Below are positions 46,442 through 57,961 of a stretch of 64,000 nucleotides of DNA, one piece after another. The translations under genes were made by a program, and so were the position numbers. Positions within the stretch are counted from its first letter, which is position 1. Each line of letters begins with the position of its first letter. The notes below the pieces were generated by a model, which searched no databases, was not told the DNA's origin, and saw nothing but the letters and a program-made list of their open reading frames with translations. The DNA is from Eutreptiella sp. 'Long Island Sound 2002' (lineage: Eukaryota > Protista > Euglenida), in NCBI GenBank assembly GCA_964036045.1, contig OZ038379.1:39122001-39186000 (forward strand), given 5' to 3'.

Positions 46442-48616
46442 TGATAAAACGCAGCCCTTTTTCCTCTGCAATCCTCTCCTCTCCTTAGGGATACTGCTAC
46501 ATAAAGCACAATGTTTCACCATGCATTAATCGTGCACAACCTTATTGTATGGGTCAGGGGCGATGTCTCCACGTTGCAGGCCGTTTGCAAGCATATGTCT
46601 TGTCCATACAGATCAATTCATGCTATCGGCCTCTTGTCCTGAACTTCTCAAGAGATACTCGTTTGGACTGCAAGGAGCTACACAAGCTGCATGGCCCCCC
46701 GTCTGGCACAACCAAGGTTTTGCGGCGCGTCTTGGGGCCTTTCCGTGGCACCTAGGCCATTCAAGCAGCCCAGAGTTGCCATACCCATGCGCTCTACTTC
46801 CAATATGAGCATGTTGTGCCGGCAGCACTCCTAGAAACCGTGGACTGCCTCCAACCAGGGGCGTGTTGGTCTATGGTGGCCCTTAGGCAACAGGAAGATT
46901 GGCATCTTTTTTTAGTGGGCTACCCCCTCACCAACGAGCAAGCTTTTTCCACAACTCTGCCATCTATTTCTCCAGAAATAGGGCCAGTGGCTGTACAAGG
47001 GCGGCAGGCAACTCCACTACAACACGCCACCGTAACCTCGGGCCTGTATGTTGATGGTTACCAACCCCGCGGCCACCCCAATATTACCGCCAAGATAACT
47101 CCAATGGGTTTTGAGGAACTACGGTTCCCTCTTGCGGGCTCTGTGCCACGTTGCACAGATATGATATCATAGTCACAATTGCCCAAAACTGTGGATGCAA
47201 AATGGGTGCCTAAGCGGGCAGAGCCCTTACATGCCTCGCCCTCATGTACATTTCAGCAGCGCATGAGATACCAAGGTGTTGAATACACCACTACTCTTAG
47301 GGTACGGTTTGGTTGCATCCCTACAAACCGGCACCATTTGTGGGGTGAATGTAAGCAATGTGTGGCATGTGGATTGCTGAATAAGCACAGGGTGAAGGAC
47401 ATGTTTTTGTAGAAGGGGGGTTGTTTGAATCACATTCGGGGGCGCACATCGATTTCAGCGTGTTTCAAACTTAGAAAATGTATGCGTCATATAGGTTGTG
47501 TTGCCAATCACCAAGGGAGGCGCATCTTGGCTGCTTGGTGTCATTGGGGGCACACTCCCGCCTCGGTCGCAACGTGCGGTGCTGCAAATTATAGCCCATG
47601 TGGCAAGAAGGTACAACCCCGGATCCCTACCGCGTCATAGCCGGGAGCACTCGCGTTTAGTGAGGGGTTGTTTCCTAGCTGGGATCATCCTAACGGGCCG
47701 TGAGGTTCGGGCAGTAATGGGTAGATTGGCAAGTGGCATGGTTCTGCCCTTGCCCTTTCTCTCACTAGTCTTGGGTTATTGCCGCATGCTGCACCTTTGT
47801 TATGGTGGCGCACAGCTGTCCCCTTGTTCATGGCGTCCTATAGGCTTGGTGTGCACATACAGTGTGCACATCATCCCCGAATTCACCGAAGAGGCTTGCA
47901 CTGCAACTCTATATATTCACTGGTGGAGCCACACATGGTTCAACCCTCACACTCCCATGTTGCTCCCTGATGAGGGAGGGGCGAGGGACTTAAGGGTTGC
48001 AAAACCATACGCGCCCGTGACTAGTACACAACAAGATGCTAGTATTTTGGAAACTCTGAAACACTAGCTTTAGCAAAAGTGTGCGGCAAAAGCAAAAAGT
48101 TCCCTCTCCTCCACTTTGGGCCCCTGTCCATCGGAATGTTGTGCTGTAGGCTTACATGGTGGCTGCCAATGTGCTGCAGCGCACAATGTTTGCAGGGTTG
48201 TTACACCACCTCTTTGAATTGCTAAAAGCAGCTGGTTGTACCCCTATTGACCTAGCTCAAAGTCAATATGTTTAATATTTGGCCAAAAATTAACACGTTA
48301 ATCTCAAGTTTCAATTTTTTGGGGGAGGTTAGGGGGTTTGCCATGAAAATTATGACCCCCACGGGTTGCCTTACGGGCTTGGGTGTCATTTCCCCCCGGT
48401 GGTTGGTGGGGGGGTCCTACCCATGTGGTTGTTTGAAAATGTTAAAATGGCTCTTGGCTTGAATTTTTGTTTTTAATCTTTCCATTAATATTTGAAAAGT
48501 TAAAAATTAAAGGGTCGCCGGCATTAATATTAATCTCACAAATATTAACTCATTTCCCCAAATATTAACCCTGCTAACAATGGCACAACGCAACATGGAA
48601 TGCATCATGTGTGTGA

Positions 48617-50885
48617 TTATGTCTCTTGTCCATGGCCATTGTGGCCCCTTGGGTCCCTGTTCGGGCCCTCATACCTCGTGGGACCCGTAGTGGGGTCCCA
48701 CATCTTTGCGGGTCCGGATGGGGGGTTAGTGGGGTTAGTGGGGTTAGTGGGGTTAGTTGGGTTAGTGGGTTGGGTGGTAGGGTTTGCGTTTGGGGGGTTA
48801 GGCGTTTCATTTGTGGGGGTGGGGGGTTTGGTCTTCTTTTGGCCCTCTTTCTTTTGGGCCTCTTCGCGGTGCCGCTCGGCCTCCTCAGGGCTGGGGAAGA
48901 GGAGGGAGCTGTTCACCTCATAGAGGGTGGTGCCGCCCGGGTATTCCACCCAAACGGCACCGTACTTCCGCCCGTGGATACCACGGACGGTGCCCCTCTC
49001 TACCCCTTTGGGGTAGAGTACGTGGACGACCGTCCCGATGATCGGATCCTCGGGACGGTCGTCCTTCTTCTCGGCACCCTTTGGGGTGTCGGTCTTGGTG
49101 GTGGGGGGGGGTTTGTGGTGGCGTTGGTGGGTTTGGGGGCGGGGACGGCCTTCGTAGGCCGTGCGGTGGTGGTGGGGGGGGGGGGGGGTTTCGGCCTTTT
49201 GGGCCGGGGGATCGCCTTGTCTTCGCTTTTCTCGGACGACTCGAAACAAAACTTTCGTTTCTTGGGGGCGGGTTGGGGGGGGTTGGGCTTCGCTTGGGGG
49301 GGGGGTTTCGGGGCGGTCGTGGTCGACGCCCCCCCCCCCCCTCCTCCCCCTCGCTCACCCCGCCCCCAGCCATGCTCCCCCACATCTCCTCATCCTCCCC
49401 CCCCGCGTACCCCACCTCCTGCATCCGAGCCCACTCCGCGGGCCAGAAGTGGCGCGGCGCCACCCATGCGCCGCTCACCACGCGCGAAGTCTCCCAATCG
49501 TGGAGACCTCGCAAGAGAGCAAGGCCCAAGGGTGGGTCTCGGGCCACGATGCGGTGGAGGGGCCCCAGGGGTACTTCCAGGGATCCTTAGCGTCTCGCCA
49601 GGCCACCTGGATGGGCCTGGCATTCGTCGCGTTGACCACGACGTCAATAACCTGAATAAAAGATGAAAAAAAAGATTAATTTTTTTGGCGACATTTTTAT
49701 TTTTTCGACTTTAATATTAACTCTTAACTTTCGATATTTCGACCGGCGGCGCAAAAATTAAATATTAATCTCGAGAAATTGAACGTGGCTTCCTAAAAAT
49801 TAATGCACGCACGCAAATCACATACCTCAAAACTCCCGTTCACTCCGCCTGCCTGAACTGCCCCCATGGCCTCCCGGAAGAGCGCGTCGGCACTGGGGGC
49901 CTCCACAGGGGCCACAGGGGCTCCCGCGCTGGCCATCGGGGCCGCCTGGGCCCCCGGTTTGGCCGCGGTCGCGGCCGTGGTCGCCGACTTGACGGCGCGG
50001 CACTGGGGGACCAAGCCCTCGTACGAGGGCTGGCACCCCGGGTCGTAGGTGGGGCGGGGCAGGGCTAGCACAGTGGCCAAGTCCATCCCGAAGGCCAGAG
50101 CCTTGCCGTGGCGCCACTGCCTGACCCAGCCCAGCTGGGCCCAGTGCTGCAGCAGCACCAGGTAATGCGGAGTCCCAAAACGGAAGCCGCGGGGGTCGAA
50201 AACCAAATTCAGTGCGGGCAAGGCGCCCGCACTGATTGCCTCTGGCATGGGGGCAAGGGGGGCACCAGGGAGGGGTTTCCAGACCCAGACCCCCCCCCTG
50301 GAGGCATCCTTACCCCAGGTGCCTCCGTGTTTCCCCTTGTTCCGGCGGATCAAACACCGGATCAACCGCCGAAAAATCCACATGACTATCATGTGGCTAT
50401 GGGGAGGGGATGAAAAAACGGGTTGATCCCCCGCGCACCCCTCCTGCAGCACCTCGGCTAACCAGGGGATCGGCCCCGCCTTTCGGGCGGTGGCAGATTG
50501 GGGGCCCAGGGCTTTGAGAAGCCACTGGGGGGGGGGGGGGTCATTGGGGGGGTCAACAACGTGAACTTCCCCGTCCCCGTCCCCCTCGTCCACCACCACT
50601 TCCCCCTCCCCCTCATCCTTGACCTTCCTCCCCCCAGGCTGACCTCTACCCCCCCCCCCCCTGCCCCTGGCTCCTCTCCCTCTCTCTCCTCTCCCTTTTC
50701 TCCTTGTTTTTCTTCTTCTTCCCCTTCTTCCCCTTTCGCCGCCTATCCGAGGATTCTCCGCTTGACTCCTCGGTTGGCGGTTGAGCGGCTGGAGGAGGAG
50801 GTGCTTGTGCTGGTGCTGGTGCTAGTGCTGGAGCTGCGGCTGCAGCTGGATGAGCTACAGCTAGTCGTTGCTCCACTTGTGCCAT
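48617..50885 (-). CDS. Companion gene ORF2 (~700 aa): basic/acidic stretches, W-rich domain, C-terminal Tudor-like domain; 4 frame breaks at G/C runs
   Basis: Intron 49652-49825 (GTATGT..CAG). Domain conservation with copies 1 and 3. Tudor-like IIGTVVHVLYPKGVERGTVRGIHGRKYGAVWVEYPGGTTLYEV. Confidence 0.7.
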
Positions 50886-53081
50886 CTAAGAGAGCGAGAG
50901 GATGAAAAAAAAATTAATAAAAAAATTGATTTTTGTGCCTGCAACTTAGTTTCTTGAAATTAGTATTATCTATCGAAAAATTAATTAATATATTAAATAT
51001 TAATGAACGCGCCTATTAATATTCATCTCGAAATATTAAACGAAGCAACGGAAATATTACTTCGTATACGCAAGCAAGCATGCACAAGCAAAACACACCA
51101 GGGCTTCGTTGTTCGCTTTGAACATGTCGGCCAACATCTTTTGCATGGCCGAGGCGTCCATGGCAAGGAGAAAACAAAGCTAATGGTGGGGAAGCAAGGG
51201 TGGAGGGCGGGGGGCTACCGGTGGCCATGAGTTTGGCCATGGTGCATGGGGCGGTATGGGGGGTCCCGTAATTGCGTAGCGGAAGGTCAAATTTTAAAAA
51301 CCACCACTCCCACACCTGGGAAACTACCTCCCCCTCCCGCTCTACTTGGGTTGCCCCCGGCTTCCCCCCCCCCCCCAAGGCCGAGTGGTCATTGTATGCG
51401 CGCTTAAGAATGGCGTTGAGGCTCTCAACGACATCCGCGCACTCGGCGCCCAACCCTACCCCCAAGCGGCGTGGATTGGCCACGGCCTCGGGGACATCCT
51501 CCTCCAAATAGTGGAGGTAGTTTGATTGGCAAGCCTCCTTGCAACAATGTGCACGGTAGGCGCGTGCCACCTCGGCCGCACGTAGGTCCTTGCGGGGCGG
51601 CTTGTCCGTGTACAATTCCCGGAGGAGGTCACGCATGGCCACGACGGCTTGCCGTTCACCATCCTCCGGGACGTAGTCCAACAACGGACCAAGTTCCTCC
51701 CACGCGAGAAACAACGCACGGGCCTCCTCCCCGTCGGGTGCCCCCGTCGCACCCAACTTCACACCCGTGCGGGCCTGGTAGAGGACCCGTTGCACGGCGT
51801 CGGTGTTCTCCTTGGGGAGGTCCACAAGGCGTGTCTGGATGGACGCCACTTGGAGCCGGCCAATGGCCATGCAACAATGGAGGATGCATAGGAAGACCAT
51901 GCACCGGTCAAGCACAATGTGTGGATCCCCTATGCATCCCCCATTCTCCAAGCCACGGCCGGTCTCCTTGTAGCGGCGGCGGGCCGCCTCCTCACGGTCC
52001 AAGGTGCGCCGGGTCTCCACGTTGACCCATGCCGCCGCAACCTTGTCCCACACCCCCATATTGTAAATTGAGCCCACCAAGGGCGAGGTGGACACACCGA
52101 TAAGGCGCCGCACGAACGGTTGGTCTCCCCCGATGACCAACCTGCTTGGCACCCAGCGCGACACCCAATGAAACTTCTCGCAGTCTTGTATGGACTGCAA
52201 TACCTACAAAAAGGACATGGATTAATATTTACATTAGTTTCTCGAGATATTAAGTTAATTTTTCAGACGGCGTTAATATTAACCGAAAACAAGATATTAA
52301 TCTCGAGAAATTAACGCAAAAATGCAAAAAAAAAACAAACAACGAATCGGCCACAAACTTTCAAGTTGTCGGCCCATATCGTTGCAAGTGCTGCCATGTC
52401 CTTGTCCCCGCATACGGCCATCCCTATCACCCACAAGTACGCGGGTGTGCCGCCCCCTGCGCCGTGGTTGAGGAGCCCAATGGAGAGTTGGGTCCAACTA
52501 CCACCGGCGCACGGGTGCGCATCCCCATGCACAATGAAGGTGAGGGGCCTTGTCCAACCGATGGTCTCCACTAGCGATCGGCGTGATTGGACGTACCGGG
52601 CCCATGAGGGTAGCGGCCAAGAGCGCCTACTAGCGGGGGGATCGGAGATGGACACGGGTGGTTGTAGGTCAAGGGGGGTGACCAACTCCTTCCACGTGTC
52701 CGTGAACGTATCCCCAGTGGGGATGGGGCGGGGGAACGGGAGGCCCGTTGCGGCCGAGTAGGCCGACCCCCGGCGGCTCATGTACTCCGACACGTGCCGG
52801 AAGCCGAGTTTGGGGACGTTCAAGTCCATGAGGAGGCCGATGAGGTCCGAGGCCGGGAAAAGGTGGGAGGCATATTGCTTCACCGCCTCCACTTGCTTAG
52901 TACGAATAAGGGAGGGGTAGCCAACCTCCATGGCCTCGGACCATCGGGCCCGGGCCAAAGGGGATGAGGCCACCCACTCACCAAGGAGTTGGGAGACCAA
53001 AGGGTCCCGCAAACTCTTGGCCCCACTCAAACGCACGAGCGTCATGTTAAGCTCGGTAAGGGTGTCCCGAGAGAAAGGCAT
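50743..53081 (-). CDS. RAG1-core/Transib-like DDE transposase, 3 exons (53081-52359, 52203-51099, 50885-50743), ~656 aa, open
   Basis: GT-AG introns at 52204-52358 (phase 0) and 50886-51098 (phase 1). IVHGDAHP (D1). GGDQPFVRRLIGV..GSIY vs RAG1 GYDEKLVREVEGL..GSVY. ILHC vs ALHC. NYLHYLEEDVPE..GLGAECADVVESLNAILKR vs NYFHKTLAHVPE..SIGAWASEGNESGNKLFRR. Confidence 0.88.
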
Positions 53082-54477
53082 AACAAGGGCTATACAAGTA
53101 TACAAGGGAACATGGTGGTGTGGAGGGGGGGGGGATGCGGGCAACCGGAGGGGGGGTGTCCAAGACACCCACCAACACAACATCGGAACCTCTCTACTAT
53201 ACCGTTGTGCAACAATATACCACGTAACACCCCTTATAGGTCCGCATATGTGCATGGAAAAATGGGTACAAATGGCCCGATCGCAAAAATTTGACTTTAA
53301 CCTCTTAATATTTGCGAGATTAATATATTAACGCCTTCATATATTGAAAATTAAAAATTGACATATTGACTTTAATCTAGGTCACTAGGGACTATATTAA
53401 TGGACACGGAAACTCGCATTATAAAGTGGAGCCTCGTAGGTGCCAAGGAGGAAGGAGATGTGTTTTGTGTGTGGGGACTTGTGGCACAAAATGTGGCATG
53501 CGGTGGTGGGTGTCAGACGAGTTGGAAACTATCCAAGGTTGGACACATTTGGTTGGAAAAGTTGTGCCCAATTTAAGTCATGTGCTGCATGTCCAAAGGC
53601 GCTAAAAACACGCAATGGAAAGCGTGTTGCTGAATCAGCCCCCACCCCCAACCCAAATAATACTTGCATTGCTGCTATACCTCCATCTGAGTGGATTTCA
53701 CTTTAGTGGCTCGATGCATTTACTATGGAACAACGTGTTCCGCTTGCACGAAAAGCTAGGCTGATGTGTATCCCCATTGTTGATAGTAACATTGAGCACC
53801 AACTAGTGGAACATGGTAGCGGCAGCAGCAGTAGCAGCAGCAGTGCTAGCAGTAGCAGTGACAGTAGTAGTGAAGGCCCCTCTCGCACCGACTTAGATAG
53901 TGGTGGGCAAGAAGCATTCAGTGGCTCTACGGTAAGTGCCACTAATTATGATTCGTCCTCGTTATCGCGAAGCAACAAGTATCGCCGTGTGGCTGTACAA
54001 ATTGGAAGGGACGTAGTGGATGTAGACGCCATGTGCAGTGATGCATGTCCAGTACACATGCTAAGCAAAGGAGAGTACAGCGCTCACACTTCAAGTTACG
54101 TAAAAGCATTATTCTTGCCTTACTTTTGCTAGTGTCTCTGCATTGCCTAGGTATAATGGCATCTCCTATAGTGCGCAAAATTGTTGGATCCATGCCTAGA
54201 AGTTGTCAAAATGGCTTGCAAAAACGCATCAGAAGTTTTGGTTGCGAGATCGGCCCCAAAAACTCAACCAACATCGGTACCAACATCATGGGGATTTTCT
54301 GGCTAAGATGCCTAAGGGCGCTCTGAAGAAATTTTCCATGCTATGGTGCTTGCAATTTTCGAAATCCACTTTGCAACTTGCGTTGGATTTGATGAGCATA
54401 CATGGGTGGCATTTTCAAAAATCCTAAGCAATATGAGTAGCATTTTCCATCCAAATTTTACCTTCTATGTTGTGTGT

Positions 54478-55822
54478 CTCGGCGACATGAATCTGCGGGG
54501 TGGCCGTGTTGGACCATGCCGCCGGACCGTTGTCCCACACCCCCACATTGTAAATTGAGCCCACCACGGGTAATATCGAAAAGCTCATAAGGCGGCGCAC
54601 GAAGGTGTGGTGTCCCCACATGACTAGCTCGCTAGACACCCATTCATATGTGCAATAGAACTTCTAACCTAACAGAGAAATGGGGTTAATGAATGGATTA
54701 ATATCTGTTTTTTACTATGAAGTTACTTTCAACCAACTTAGATAATATTCACTAAAATCTAGATATTAGTCCGCATATGTCAACAAAAAATTACCGAATG
54801 TGGAATGGGGCACAACTCTCCAAGTTGTTGGCCCAAATCGTTGCTTGGTGCGCCCATGTCCTTGTCACCGCACACCGCCATCCCAATCGCCCACAAATTC
54901 GCGGGTCTGCGGCCTAGTGCACCATTATTGATGAGCAGAACGGAGAGTTGTGTCCAACCCTCACCGGCACCTGGGTTTGCATCCCCACACACAAGCAATG
55001 TGAGGGGCCTTGTCCAATCGATAGCATCCGCAAGTGAAAGCCGCGATTGGATATAGAGCACCCATGATTGAACGGGCCATTACCCACCGCCTGTGGGTGG
55101 ATCCGCAATGGACACGGGAGGCCACAACTCAAGGGGGTTGGATATATCACTTCATCTGTGCAAGAAGTTCTCCCGCGTGGGGATGGCCCGGGCAAACGGA
55201 TAACCCGCTGCGGCTGTGTATGTGCCCCTCGCCATGTCTTTTATTCGGACGCGGTCCCGAAACCAACCTTCGGGGCGTTCAAATCCATGCGGAGCATGAA
55301 TAAGTCGGCCGAGCGAAAGGGGAAGGAAGCATATTGCTTAACGGCCGCCATTTGGGTGGTGTGCTTGAACGTAGGGTAGCCCACCTCGGTGGCTTCGACC
55401 CACCGAACCTGGGCCAAAGGGGATGTGACCACCCAGTGAGCAAGGAGTTGTGCAACCAAAGGGTCACGCAAACTCTTGGCAATAGCCGCCCATGTAAGTG
55501 TCATGCTTAGGGCGGCAAGGGTGCCCCGAGAGAAAGGCATCACAAGAGCTAACAAACGGGAAAAGGTGGTATGAGTGACGTCACTGGTGGCCCTGGGCAG
55601 AAGAGGACCCATGGAGCTACCATTGGAACCCATCTACCATCCCGTTTTGCAGTAATGTAACCCATAAGAACCCCTAGATATTGTGGTATGCAAACAAAAG
55701 AAGGACACAAATGACCGGAAAGTGCGTTAATCGTTGAATATCTAGCACGTCAACATGTCAACCAGTTAATGTATGTAGTATTGACGATTCACCATATTAC
55801 CTTTAATCCAAGTCACGAAGCT
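54478..55822 (-). mobile_element. Copy 5: 5' part of RAG1/Transib-like transposon, decayed
   Basis: MPFSRGTL start at 55540, LVCGDANP, AVCGDKD, an intron, then TFVRRLM..GSIYNVGVWD. Eroded TIR accatattacctttaatccaagtcacgaag at ~55791-55820. Confidence 0.85.
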
Positions 55823-55871
55823 TGTCCTAATGTGCAATGTCAATGGTAGCGGGTCCCCCTTGACATTGTAC

Positions 55872-56480
55872 CCTCGACGGGGGCGGAGACACGAGCACAC
55901 TTGCGGCGTGCAGATCTCAGATCTACTGCAAGCAAATAGCTTGAAATAAAGTCGTGGTGGAAGCTATTGGTCATGGCTTTCCAGAATTGCCTTGTTCGCA
56001 AGAAACTACCACGGTGGGCCCCTAGACGGGGCCGGTTAGTCGAGCACACTTGGGGACTGCATATCTCAGAGTTGCTGCAGGCAACTAGCCCGAAATGAAC
56101 TCTTCGTGGAAGCTAATAGTCAGAGCTTTCCAAAAATGCTTTGTTTGCAGGAAAGTGACACGGTGGGCCCCTTGACGGGGGCGCATAGTCGAGCACTCTT
56201 AGGGCCTCCAGATCTCCGAGTTGTTGCGAGCAAAGAGACTGAAATATAGTCTTGGTGGAAGCTTCGGATTGTGGCTTGCTGAAAATGCCTTGTTTTCATG
56301 AAACCGAAACAGTCGGGCCTGGACGGGGGCGGATAGTGCAACACACTTGCGGGCTGCAGCTCTTAGCGGTGCCGCCAGCAAATAGCCTGAAATAAAGTCC
56401 ACGTGGAAGCTACTGGTCGGGCCTTTCCAAAAGTTCTTGGTTTGCAGAACGCCGAAATAATGGCCCCTCGACGTGGTGGA
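55872..56480. repeat. 149-bp satellite, block 3 (~4 units)
   Basis: Same unit and orientation as blocks 1 and 2. Confidence 0.9.
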
Positions 56481-56630
56481 GCACAAGCGTTGCTGCTCCT
56501 TAAATGATCACCGTTGTGGATTGGCCAAAATGCAGAAATTTGTTTTGTGGAGGAACTACTCAGAGTACAGCACTAGGTAGGGCAATCTGTGTGAACCTTA
56601 AGGTGCCTTCCGTGGTCCCCTGCTTTATGT

Positions 56631-57641
56631 ATGGTCTACAACACACAATTTTCGACGTTCATTTGTACTTCAGATTGTTGCAGTTTGCTTCCAAAGTGTG
56701 ACATCGTGCTGGCACCAGGGCAAGAGCTGGACCCCAACCTCAAGGCCGTGCACCACTTCGGGAAGTTGGAACTAGCGGCGTTTTTCATGCCTTCCTCCGA
56801 TCAAGCTTTTCGCCTATTGAAATGCAAATGTGCCACGTCAAACGTTCAACCATCATTAGTGAAAGAGGGGGGGTTCCAGCGCCGGAAGGGGATTCCAGCA
56901 GGGGTTCGAGCAGGTGTTCTAGCGCTCGAAGGGTGTTCCAACAGGGTTCCAGCAGGGGTTGCGGCACTCATTCCACCCCACATTTGCTGCTCTCCGCCCA
57001 CGTTTCTCACACTGTTGTGCCAATTTTTCATCTTGATCATGGACCACCCGAATTGGCCTGTTCTTGCATCATGGGTTGACAAGGTGAATGCCCTTTTGGG
57101 TGAAACCCTCACACCTCCAACCATAGGTGATGTCGCTATTTTCAAGCCCACCACCATTGTTGGTCGTGTCCCAGTGCGGGGGTCCATCACGCATGATCAT
57201 ACCCCCCGTTTCGTGAGCGATTACATCACCGACGTTATGGACAAAAACCTCCACATTCCCATTTTTCAAGTATCCCTTCATCCCAAAGACGTGGAGGTTT
57301 TGCACCTCCGCATCACCTCTAGGCTCTCCACCAACTCCAACAGCACCGTGAAGCTACATGTGGGAGAGGACCAATCCGCTGACGTCCTCTTTGCTAGGAG
57401 GCGCTCCACAAGGAAGAAGGTGGGCAAGGACAACTATTTACTCCCCAAACCCTTGAATCACACACTCTGCTTCCTCTCCCTCAAGGATGCACCCAGAGAG
57501 ATCCCCATCTACTTGTTGCCCACGTCAAGCCAGTTACAGTGGAGACCTCACGGCCGCTATGGCCTTACCAACCCCACGATGATGTCCACTACCAACGAGG
57601 AGCCCCTTCTTCCTTTTCCTATGGGCCAGCCCCGCCATTGA
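56631..57641 (+). CDS. Unassigned ORF (336 aa), possibly the upstream part of the dioxygenase pseudogene; includes a minisatellite
   Basis: Long open frame that overlaps ORF 57539..57961, which leads into the PhyH-like relic. No recognisable motif. Confidence 0.3.
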   Translation: MVYNTQFSTFICTSDCCSLLPKCDIVLAPGQELDPNLKAVHHFGKLELAAFFMPSSDQAFRLLKCKCATSNVQPSLVKEGGFQRRKGIPAGVRAGVLALEGCSNRVPAGVAALIPPHICCSPPTFLTLLCQFFILIMDHPNWPVLASWVDKVNALLGETLTPPTIGDVAIFKPTTIVGRVPVRGSITHDHTPRFVSDYITDVMDKNLHIPIFQVSLHPKDVEVLHLRITSRLSTNSNSTVKLHVGEDQSADVLFARRRSTRKKVGKDNYLLPKPLNHTLCFLSLKDAPREIPIYLLPTSSQLQWRPHGRYGLTNPTMMSTTNEEPLLPFPMGQPRH

Positions 57642-57961
57642 TTGGCAGCAACGAGGAGGTTGTCCCTGGCCCTGCACGTGGCACACCCACCAATGGGAAC
57701 CCCAATGCCATCGCCACCTTTGGGCTTCGCCGGTACCGTGGTATGTTTGCCGACTCCCCGGTCCACAACACCACCAAGGACGAGTGCATCACCATTCCCG
57801 GTCACAAGTGGGGGTCCCTCTTCAACGACAATATGCCGGCTACGGATTGTCAAGGAGACGACCCTGGCCGAGGTGCCCAATTCACCCGCTTGGGACTGCC
57901 GCTACCCGATGAAGAAAGGACGGAGCTGCTGGCCTTGGACGCCCTTGCGAAGGAAGTATAG

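Larger units (their letters stand above)
48241..53391 (-). mobile_element. Copy 4: full-length (5.15 kb) RAG1/Transib-like TIR DNA transposon
   Basis: ~31-bp TIRs: cccctattgacctagctcaaagtcaatatgt (48241) and acatattgactttaatctaggtcactaggga (53361-91). Two genes on the minus strand. Confidence 0.9.

Noticed and set aside
46545-47640. Another LINE 3' fragment (RVRFGCIPTN..CVACG)
   Set aside because: One weak motif only, with no RT or endonuclease signature nearby. Too uncertain to annotate.
48241-53391. RAG2-like gene or RSS heptamer/nonamer
   Set aside because: No kelch repeats, no PHD Cys/His pattern and no CACAGTG-type termini are visible.
26860-54335. LTR pair around the central 27 kb
   Set aside because: The shared segment is only ~130 bp, clearly diverged, not at the breakpoints, lacks TG..CA ends, and no LTR-type pol lies between.
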